Assembly (NCBI GenBank): GCA_037440005.1
Contig: JBBIUY010000052.1
Location: 1 to 12,542, forward strand
Length of the DNA: 12,542 nt
Source: Armatimonadota bacterium
GTDB lineage: Bacteria > Sysuimicrobiota > Sysuimicrobiia > Sysuimicrobiales > Kaftiobacteriaceae
Reading direction: 5' to 3'
The position numbers and the translations under genes were made by a program. The notes under the pieces were generated by a model. That model saw only the letters and a program-made list of their open reading frames with translations, had not been told where the DNA came from and searched no databases. Within the stretch, counting starts at the first letter, position 1. Each line of letters opens with the position of its first letter. Of this stretch, positions 1 to 7,057 are shown piece after piece.

Positions 1-76
1 TGGCGCGCCTGGCAGGATTCGAACCTGCGACCCGCTGCTTAGAAGGCAGCCGCTCTGTCCCCTGAGCTACAGGCGC
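1..76 (-). tRNA. tRNA-Arg (anticodon TCT), CCA encoded
   Basis: Reverse complement reads GCGCCTG-TAGCTCAGGGGACAGAGC-G-GCTGC-CTTCTAA-GCAGC-GGGTC-GCAGG-TTCGAAT-CCTGC-CAGGCGC-G-CCA: 7-bp acceptor stem, anticodon stem GCTGC/GCAGC with TCT, TTCGAAT T-loop, CCA at positions 3-1. Confidence 0.97.
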
Positions 77-88
77 GCGCCCGGGGGT

Positions 89-97
89 ATTCTAGCA
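89..97 (-). promoter_or_regulatory. Extended -10 promoter element (TGCTAGAAT) for tRNA-Arg
   Basis: Plus-strand attctagca = TG-C-TAGAAT on the minus strand, 12 nt upstream of the mature tRNA 5' end. No clear -35. Confidence 0.65.
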
Positions 98-188
98 CGG
101 CCCGACCGGCGGACCGCGGCGGAGTGACGGGGCGCGGAGGGTAAGTGACCAGGTAGGCGGAAGTACCCGCCAGACGGAGGGGGCGGGC

Positions 189-1745
189 GTGGGGCCTGAG
201 CGCGGGCGGCGGGCGCTGACGGAGGATCTGGGGGCGTGGCTGCGGGACCCGGGCGGCCGCGTCGTCCTGGCCCTGGGTGTCTACACCCTGCTGTTTGTGG
301 CCTGGGTGGCGTGGGGAGCGGCCCGGCTGCCCTACCGCACCGCCGTCGGGGACCTGGCCTTCCCGCCCATGGGTCTGGCGGCATCTGTGCTGGCCTGGCG
401 CACGGGCCGCCAGCGGGTCCTCCCGGGCCGGGCGCGGATGGCCTGGCGCGTGATCGCGCTGGCCTTCGCGTCGTGGACCGCGGGTGACGTCGTGTGGGCG
501 TACCTGGAGGTCGTCCGCGGGGTGTCCCCGTTCCCGTCGGGGGCCGACGTCTTCTACCTGCTGTTCTACCCGCTGATGCTGGCGGGCCTGCTGCTCTTCC
601 CCCACGCGCCCGCCTCGCCGGCCGAGAGGGCGAAGTTCTGGCTGGACGAGGCCACCGTGCTGCTGGGCGGGTGGATGGTGGTCTGGTACTTCGTCTTGGG
701 CCCCATCGCCCTGTCCGTGCAGGCCACGACCCTGGAGGCCGTCCTGAGCACCGCCTACCCCATCGGGGACCTGGTGCTCCTGTTCGGCGTGGGGGCGCTG
801 CTGCTCCGCCAGCCCGCCGCGGGAAGCCGCCGGGCGCTGGGCCTGCTGGCCGCCGCCGTGGGGGCGTTCCTGGCCGCCGACATCGGCTTCGGCTACCTCG
901 ACCTGCAGGACCTGTACCGCCCGGGCGACTGGCCCGATGCGTTTTGGATGGGGGCCCTGGGGCTGGCTGCTGCCGCGGCCCACTACCAGACGTGGTCGGC
1001 GCGGGTGCGTCCGCCGGTGGAACGGACCGGCATCGGGGAAGCGGCCGGCATCAGCCCCCTGCCCTACCTGGCGGTGGGGCTGGGGTACGTCCTGCTGTTC
1101 GTCGCCGGCCGCTACGCGACGCCGTACCCGCTGGGCGGCCTGCTCTACGCCGCCATCGCCCTGACGGGGGTGGTGCTGATCCGCCAGCTCACGGTGATGG
1201 GCGAGAACCTCCGGCTGGTGGGCAACCTGCGGGAGATGGCCACCACCGACAGCCTGACCGGCCTGCTGAACCGGCGGGCGTTCTTCGAGCTGGCCGAGCG
1301 GGAGTTCGCCCGCTACCAGCGCTACCGCCACCCGCTGTGCGCGGTGATGGTGGACGTGGACAGCTTCAAGGAGATCAACGACCGCTTCGGGCATCAGGCG
1401 GGCGACGCGGTGCTGGCCGGGGTGGCCCGCCAGTGCCGGCAGGAACTGCGGCGGGTGGACATCGCCGCGCGGTTCGGCGGGGACGAACTCGTCCTGCTGC
1501 TGCCCGAGACCGGGCTGGACGACGCCCTGTGGGTGGTCCAGCGGCTGCGCCAGGCGGTGGCGGAGATGCGGCTGCCGTCCGGGGAACACCTGCTGCGGAC
1601 GACCATCAGCGCCGGGGTGGCGTCCGCCGACGGGTGCGCGTCGCTGGAGGCGCTGCTGCGGCGCGCCGACCAGGCCCTCTACCAGGCCAAGCAGGGCGGC
1701 CGCGACCGGGTCACGGTGTTCGAGCACTCCCCGGGGCGTTCGTAG
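189..1745 (+). CDS. Membrane-bound diguanylate cyclase (multi-TM N-terminal region + GGDEF domain)
   Basis: GTG start after GGAGG (176-180). About 9 hydrophobic helices in the first ~340 aa, then ATTDSLTGLLNRR, MVDVDSFKEINDRFGHQAGD, RRVD I-site, RFGGDEL, TISAGVA, ADQALYQAKQGGRDR. Confidence 0.93.
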   Translation: MGPERGRRALTEDLGAWLRDPGGRVVLALGVYTLLFVAWVAWGAARLPYRTAVGDLAFPPMGLAASVLAWRTGRQRVLPGRARMAWRVIALAFASWTAGDVVWAYLEVVRGVSPFPSGADVFYLLFYPLMLAGLLLFPHAPASPAERAKFWLDEATVLLGGWMVVWYFVLGPIALSVQATTLEAVLSTAYPIGDLVLLFGVGALLLRQPAAGSRRALGLLAAAVGAFLAADIGFGYLDLQDLYRPGDWPDAFWMGALGLAAAAAHYQTWSARVRPPVERTGIGEAAGISPLPYLAVGLGYVLLFVAGRYATPYPLGGLLYAAIALTGVVLIRQLTVMGENLRLVGNLREMATTDSLTGLLNRRAFFELAEREFARYQRYRHPLCAVMVDVDSFKEINDRFGHQAGDAVLAGVARQCRQELRRVDIAARFGGDELVLLLPETGLDDALWVVQRLRQAVAEMRLPSGEHLLRTTISAGVASADGCASLEALLRRADQALYQAKQGGRDRVTVFEHSPGRS

Positions 1746-1755
1746 GGCGCGCGGG

Positions 1756-2727
1756 TCAGATCCGGTGGACCGAGGCCAGCGACAGCCCCACCGCCGCCGT
1801 CAGCAGGACCGCTGCGGCGCCCGCCGCCAGCGCGCTGACCTCGGTGGGCCGAGCCTCCCACCCGATCACGCGGCTGAGCCGCCGGTATACCCGGCGCAGC
1901 TCGGCCGCCGACCGGGCGTGGTAGTAGGTGCCGCCGGTGATCTCGGCCACCTCCCGCAGGGTGTCCTCGTCCAGGCGCACCCAGATGGCCCGGCCGCCCA
2001 GGTTCAGAAACGTCCCTTCCGGAGTGCCGATGCCGACCGTGTAGACGGTCACGCCCTGCTCCCGGGCGATGCGGGCGGCGTCCTGGGGCGGGACGCCGCG
2101 GTTGCTCTGGCCGTCGGAGAGCAGGACCACCGTGCCCGGAGGCGCGTCCGGAGCCGGCGGAGGAGGCGGCTCAAACGGCGACAGGGGCCGCCGGCGGCCG
2201 GGCAGGGCGAACACCGCCTCCACCAGGCCGTCGCCGATGGCGGTGGCGAACTCGGTGGACAGCATGTCGATGGCCTCCGCCACCCGGGCGCGGTCGGCGG
2301 TGGGGGGCACCAGCAGGGTGGCGTAGCTGCTGAAGGTGACCAATCCCACCTTCAGCCCCCGCGGCAGCCCCAGGACAAATTCCCTCGCCGCCGCCTTGGC
2401 CGCCTCCATCCGGGTGGGCGGCAGGTCGTCGGCCAGCATGCTGCGGCTGACGTCAATGGACAGGACCACCGTGGTCTGCACCGCGGGAACCGGCAGCGGC
2501 GCCACGGGACGGGCCAGGGCCAGGACCACCATCCCCAGGCCGGCGGCCACCAGCGCCGCCGGCAGGTGCCGCCGCCACCGTCCGACATCCGCCGCGCGCG
2601 CCACCAGCGCGGCCCGGGTGTAGGCCACGGGGCTGCGGGGCGGCCGGCGCAGGACGGCCAGGTACAGGGCCGCCAGCGCCGGCAGCGCCAGCAGGCCCGC
2701 CAGCATCGCCGGCCACTGCCAGGTCAC
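1756..2727 (-). CDS. Membrane-anchored VWA domain protein (BatA/Rv1481-like), copy 2
   Basis: GTG start after GGGGAGGAG. Two N-terminal TM segments ending LALARP; MIDAS DVSRSM...T(AIG)...LLSDG; VYTVGIG; TGGTYY; C-terminal TM helix. Confidence 0.92.
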   Translation of the reverse strand: MTWQWPAMLAGLLALPALAALYLAVLRRPPRSPVAYTRAALVARAADVGRWRRHLPAALVAAGLGMVVLALARPVAPLPVPAVQTTVVLSIDVSRSMLADDLPPTRMEAAKAAAREFVLGLPRGLKVGLVTFSSYATLLVPPTADRARVAEAIDMLSTEFATAIGDGLVEAVFALPGRRRPLSPFEPPPPPAPDAPPGTVVLLSDGQSNRGVPPQDAARIAREQGVTVYTVGIGTPEGTFLNLGGRAIWVRLDEDTLREVAEITGGTYYHARSAAELRRVYRRLSRVIGWEARPTEVSALAAGAAAVLLTAAVGLSLASVHRI

Positions 2728-2761
2728 CGGCTCCTCCCCGAAGCGGACGGTCCCCGCGGCC

Positions 2762-3784
2762 TCACGGCACCCTCCGGAACCACACGAGCGACAGCGACGC
2801 GCCGGTCAGGACCAGCAGGCCGGCGGCGCCGGCCAGCAGCGACGTGATCTCCGTCCGCCGGCGCTCCCACCCGATGGCCCGGCCCAGGTCCCGCGCCACC
2901 TGGCGCAGCTCGTCCCGCCGGCCGACGTCCAGGTACCTGCCGCCGGTCAGCTGGGCGATCTGCTGCAGCACGGCCGGGTCGAAGGGAACCAGGACCAGCT
3001 GGCCGTCCACCTCCATCACGCTGCCTCCGGGCGCGCCCACCCCCACCGTGTAGATTTTCACGTTTCCGTCCCGGGCCAGACGCGCCGCCACGGCGGGATC
3101 CACCCCCAGGTTGCTGACCCCGTCGGACAGGATGACCACGGCCGCGGGGGGCAGGTCCGCCGGCGCCGCCGGAGGGGAGGCGGGTGGCTGTGGGCGCGGC
3201 ACGGCGGGCTGCGTCAGCGCCGCCAGCCGGTCGCCCAGGACCTCCGCCCGGCCCGGCAGCACCCGCAGGGCCTCGACGATGGCGCCCCCCACGCCGGTGG
3301 CCTGCAGGACCTTCAGGCCCGTCAGCGCCTCCCGCAGCGCCTCCCGGTCGGTGGTGGGAGGGACCAGGACCTGGGCGTAGTCGCTGAAGGCGATGAGCCC
3401 CACCCGGGTGGAGCCCGGCACCGCCTGCAGGACGTCCAGCGCGGCCGCCCGGGCGGCTTCCAGCCGGTTGGGGCGCACGTCTTCGCCGATCATGCTCTTG
3501 CTGACGTCCACGGCCAGGACCAGCGCCGCCCGGTTGGTCGGCAGCGGGATGGCGGCGATGGGCCGGGCCATGGCCAGGGTCAGCAGGGCGACCGCCGTCA
3601 GGTAACAGCCCGCCGGCAGGTGGCGGCGCACCGCCGGCGGCCTGCTCCACAGCGCCGGAAGCAGGTGCGGATCCGCCAGGGCCGCTTCCCAGCGGGCGCG
3701 CAGGCGCTGGGCGCGCACGTAGGCCAGCAGCAGCGCCGGGGCCGCCAGCAGCCCCCACAGCATCACCGGCCAGCCAAACTCCAC
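2762..3784 (-). CDS. Membrane-anchored VWA domain protein (BatA/Rv1481-like), copy 1
   Basis: Start re-called at GTG 3784 (MEFGWPVMLWGLL) after GGAGG; the track's extension to 4096 overlaps DUF58. LAMARP, MIDAS DVSKSM...ATGVG...ILSDG, IYTVGVG, TGGRY, C-terminal TM. Overlaps the DUF58 3' end by 22 nt. Confidence 0.9.
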   Translation of the reverse strand: MEFGWPVMLWGLLAAPALLLAYVRAQRLRARWEAALADPHLLPALWSRPPAVRRHLPAGCYLTAVALLTLAMARPIAAIPLPTNRAALVLAVDVSKSMIGEDVRPNRLEAARAAALDVLQAVPGSTRVGLIAFSDYAQVLVPPTTDREALREALTGLKVLQATGVGGAIVEALRVLPGRAEVLGDRLAALTQPAVPRPQPPASPPAAPADLPPAAVVILSDGVSNLGVDPAVAARLARDGNVKIYTVGVGAPGGSVMEVDGQLVLVPFDPAVLQQIAQLTGGRYLDVGRRDELRQVARDLGRAIGWERRRTEITSLLAGAAGLLVLTGASLSLVWFRRVP

Positions 3785-4650
3785 CGCCGCCTCCGCTTGC
3801 GCAGGGTGATAAAGCGCAGCAGCGGCCCCAGCAGAGGCTCCGCTGTGGACAGTTCCAGGACGTCCACGGCGGCGCGGGCCAGCGCCTGCCGGACCCGCTC
3901 GCGTTCCCGGGCGGCCAGCTCCCGGTAGGTCTGGCGCACCCGGGGGTCGGAGGTGTTCACCCACACCTGCTCGCCCGTCTCGGGGTCGCGCACGTACAGC
4001 CCGCCCACGTCGGGCAGCTCCTGCTCGGCCGGATCGGTCACCCAGATGGCGATGACGTCGTGGCGGTGCGCCAGTTGGCCCAGGGGGCGGTCCCACCCGT
4101 CGTCGCCCTGAAAGTCGGAGATCACGAACACCAGGCTGCGCCGCCGCAGCGCCCGGGCCGCCTGGGCCAGCCCGTCGCCCAGCCCGCCGGGACGCGGCGC
4201 CGCGCGGCCGAGGGTGTGCAGGATGCGCAGGGCGTGCACGCGCCCGCCCCGGGGGGGCACGTACACGTCGCGCCCGGGAAAGCCCATCAGGCCGACTTTG
4301 TCGCCGTGGCGGGTGACGATGTAGGCGGCCACCCCCGCGAACTCGGCCGCGGTCTGCCGCTTGAGCTGGCGGCGGGTGCCGAAGGCCATAGAGGGCGTGA
4401 GGTCCACCAGCAGCCAGCTGGTCAGCTCCCGCTCCTCCCGGTACTGACGGACGAACAGGCGGGCCATCCGGGCGGTGACGTTCCAGTCGATCCGCCGCAC
4501 CTCGTCGCCCGGCTGGTACTCGCGCACCTCGGCCAGGTCCAGGCTGGGCCCGTAGAACACGCCCGTGTAGTCGCCGAACAGAAAGCCGTCCAGCCGGCGG
4601 ACGACGGTGAACTCCAGCCGCCGCAGGACCCGCTCGGGCGTCTCCATCAT
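3763..4650 (-). CDS. DUF58 domain protein (MoxR-associated, VWA-like)
   Basis: EVREYQPGDEVRRIDWNVTAR, VRQYREERE, VDLTPSMAFG, GDKVGL, VISDF, ELPDVG motifs; canonical position downstream of MoxR. Confidence 0.93.
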   Translation of the reverse strand: MMETPERVLRRLEFTVVRRLDGFLFGDYTGVFYGPSLDLAEVREYQPGDEVRRIDWNVTARMARLFVRQYREERELTSWLLVDLTPSMAFGTRRQLKRQTAAEFAGVAAYIVTRHGDKVGLMGFPGRDVYVPPRGGRVHALRILHTLGRAAPRPGGLGDGLAQAARALRRRSLVFVISDFQGDDGWDRPLGQLAHRHDVIAIWVTDPAEQELPDVGGLYVRDPETGEQVWVNTSDPRVRQTYRELAARERERVRQALARAAVDVLELSTAEPLLGPLLRFITLRKRRRRWSLAGR

Positions 4651-4696
4651 CGGTCGGTCCCGTCCCTGGCGGCGGCCCCCGGGTCCCGGCGCCGGA

Positions 4697-5752
4697 TCAG
4701 GACGGCGCGGCGCGGGCCGCCTCGTAGGGGTCGCCGATGTGCACCCGGGGCGGCGGGATGTGGTCCAGGACCCGGGCCACGATCTGGTCGCCGGTCACGC
4801 CGCCGGCCAGGGCCTCGTAGGAGAGCACCAGGCGGTGGCGCATCACCTCGGGGGCGATGTCCCGAACGTCCTCGGGCAGCACGTACTCCCGCCCCCGGAT
4901 CAGCGCCAGGGCCTTGGCGCCCACGATCATGTTCAGCGACGCCCGCGGGCTGCTGCCGTAGGAGATGTAGGGGGCCAGGTCGGCCAGGCCGTAGTCCCGC
5001 GGGCGGCGGGTGGCGTTGCTGAGGGTCACGGCGTACTCCATCAGCCGCGGGTGGACGTAGACGGCGTCGGCCAGGCGCTGCAGGTCCAGCAGGTCCTGGG
5101 CGTGGATCACCGTCTCCACCTCCGGCGGGCGGACCGCCATCCGGTCCACGATGGCGACCTCCTCCAGGGTGCTGGGGTAGCCGATCACCACCTTGAACAT
5201 GAACCGGTCCACCTGGGCCTCGGGCAGCGGGTAGGTGCCTTCGCTCTCGATGGGGTTCTGGGTGGCCAGGACCAGGAACGGGTCCGGCAGGGGGAACGTC
5301 TGCCGGCCGATGGTCACCTGCCGCTCCTGCATGGCCTCCAGCAGCGCCGACTGCACCTTGGCCGGCGCCCGGTTGATCTCGTCGGCCAGGACCAGGTTGG
5401 CGAAGACCGGCCCCAGCTCGGTCTCGAAGGTTCCCGTGTGCTGGTTGTAGATGCGGGTGCCGATCAGGTCGGCGGGGACCAGGTCGGGGGTGAACTGGAT
5501 CCTCTTGAACTGGCAGTCGATGACCCGGGCGGTGGTCTTGATGGCCAGGGTCTTGGCCAGGCCCGGGACGCCCTCGATGAGGATGTGGCCGCGGGCCAGC
5601 AGCGCCACCAGGATGCGCTCCAGCATCAGGTCCTGTCCCACGATCACCTTCTTGATCTCCATCAGGACCCGGCGCATGGTGGCCGAGGCCTGCTGGACCG
5701 CCTCCACGGACAGCGTCACGGGACGTCCCTCCCGGCTCTGTGTTGGCTGCAT
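4697..5752 (-). CDS. moxR: MoxR-family AAA+ ATPase
   Basis: IVGQ, Walker A GVPGLAKT, RIQFTPDLVPADLIG, Walker B LADEINRAPAKVQSALLEAMQERQVT, ATQNPIESEGTYPLPEAQVDRF, SPRA, HRL. ATG after GAGGTG; an alternative GTG at 5719 also has an SD. Confidence 0.96.
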   Translation of the reverse strand: MQPTQSREGRPVTLSVEAVQQASATMRRVLMEIKKVIVGQDLMLERILVALLARGHILIEGVPGLAKTLAIKTTARVIDCQFKRIQFTPDLVPADLIGTRIYNQHTGTFETELGPVFANLVLADEINRAPAKVQSALLEAMQERQVTIGRQTFPLPDPFLVLATQNPIESEGTYPLPEAQVDRFMFKVVIGYPSTLEEVAIVDRMAVRPPEVETVIHAQDLLDLQRLADAVYVHPRLMEYAVTLSNATRRPRDYGLADLAPYISYGSSPRASLNMIVGAKALALIRGREYVLPEDVRDIAPEVMRHRLVLSYEALAGGVTGDQIVARVLDHIPPPRVHIGDPYEAARAAPS

Positions 5753-5799
5753 CCTACACCTCGCTCTGCGAGACGGTCAAGCCGCGTCCTGAGCCTCCG

Positions 5800-6795
5800 T
5801 CACAGGGTCGGCCGTTCGGCCAGGACCACCGTGGCGGAGAGGGTCTGGCCGTCCCGGAGGATCTGCAGGGTCACAGGGTCGCCGATGCGCCGGCCCAGCA
5901 CGTAGGCGGCCAGCGCGCCGAAGGTGGTCACCGGCTGCCCGTCGACCGCCACGATGACGTCCCCGCCCCGGGGGAGTTCCCGCGGTCCCGGCGCCGACCC
6001 GCCCCGGATCCCGGCCAGAGACGCCGGGCTGCCGGCCACCACCTCCAGCACCAGCACGCCCGCGAACACCGGCAGGCCCAGCTGGGAGGCGACCTCGGGC
6101 GTCAGGGTCCGCCCGACGATGCCCAGCCACGGGTGGCGCACCTCTCCCGCCAGCAGGTCGTCCCAGACGCTGCGGACGGCGTCGGCGGCCACCGAGAGGC
6201 TGAGCTGGCCGTCGCGGGTGAGGGCGACGATCACCCCCACCACCTCTCCCCGGACCGACGCCAGAGCCCCGCCCGAGTCGCCGGGGTAGACCACCGCGGT
6301 GGAGACCAGGTACGGCGCTCCGGGCCGGATCTCCCGGTCCACCTCCAAGAAGACGCCAGCCGTGGGCCCTTCCCGCCGGCGGGGAGACCGCCCCACGGCC
6401 ACCACCGTGTCCCCGCGGCTGAGGGACGACACCGACCCCAGCCGGGCCGCGGGCAGCGGGGTGTCGGCCGGGACGCGCAGCACCGCCGCGTCGTACACCC
6501 GATCCACGCCCACCACCGAGGCCGCAAACACCCGGCCGTCGGCGGTCCGCACCTCCACGGCCACCGCGCGGTCCACCACGTGGTGGGCGGTGAGGATCAC
6601 CCCCGCGGGGTCTACGACGATGCCCGATCCCGACCCGCGGACGGTGCGGGCGCCGCTGCGGTACTCCACGCCGACCTGCACCACCGCCCGGTCCACCGCC
6701 GCCAGGGCGGCGTCGGGCGCCAGCGCGTCCTGGGCGCCCGAGGGCAGCGCCAGCACGAAGAGCAGGAGGGCGGCCAGAACCGAAGACTGACGCAT
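5800..6795 (-). CDS. Exported HtrA/DegP-like S1C serine protease with one C-terminal PDZ domain
   Basis: Signal peptide MRQSSVLAALLLFVLALPSGAQ; GSGSGIV; triad His (TAHHVV), Asp (YDAAVL), Ser (PGDSGGAL); PWLGI and GSPA..AGI..GDVIVAVDG PDZ motifs; SD AAGGGAG. Confidence 0.93.
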   Translation of the reverse strand: MRQSSVLAALLLFVLALPSGAQDALAPDAALAAVDRAVVQVGVEYRSGARTVRGSGSGIVVDPAGVILTAHHVVDRAVAVEVRTADGRVFAASVVGVDRVYDAAVLRVPADTPLPAARLGSVSSLSRGDTVVAVGRSPRRREGPTAGVFLEVDREIRPGAPYLVSTAVVYPGDSGGALASVRGEVVGVIVALTRDGQLSLSVAADAVRSVWDDLLAGEVRHPWLGIVGRTLTPEVASQLGLPVFAGVLVLEVVAGSPASLAGIRGGSAPGPRELPRGGDVIVAVDGQPVTTFGALAAYVLGRRIGDPVTLQILRDGQTLSATVVLAERPTL

Positions 6796-6865
6796 GGGTC
6801 TCCCTTATGCCTGCCCTGCCCGCGATCCCGGACGCGCAGGCCGGGGGCGCGCGCGGTCTGCGGCC

Positions 6866-6936
6866 ATGGTAGGCCGGGGGTGTGAAGAGCCGGTGAAGAC
6901 GGCCTTCATGCCGTCTTTACAGCCCCCGGATACGAT
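6866..6936. promoter_or_regulatory. Mirror-symmetric bidirectional promoter with 11-bp-spaced direct repeats (OmpR/PhoB-type boxes)
   Basis: Minus strand: CTTCAC(6898-6893)-N5-CTTCAC(6887-6882)-N10-TACCAT(6871-6866). Plus strand: CTTCAT(6904-6909)-N5-CTTTAC(6915-6920)-N10-TACGAT(6931-6936). All elements are symmetric about 6901. Confidence 0.65.
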
Positions 6937-7057
6937 CATCCCGCCGGGACACTCCGGCAGCCGGCGCGGCGCCTCCCCGGCCGTGGTCCCCCCACCGCTG
7001 GCCCGGTGGATGTCGCGGTGGCCGCGCCGGCTCCTGTTCCGTATCATAGAACCACCC

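Noticed and set aside
1..76. tRNA-Arg as an island integration site
   Set aside because: Its 3' end is at the window edge, so any integrated element would lie outside. I saw no duplicate of its 3' end inside the window.
6794..7057. N-terminal extension of the M28 ORF given in the track
   Set aside because: It would bury the signal peptide that begins at ATG 7058 and spans the divergent promoter region.
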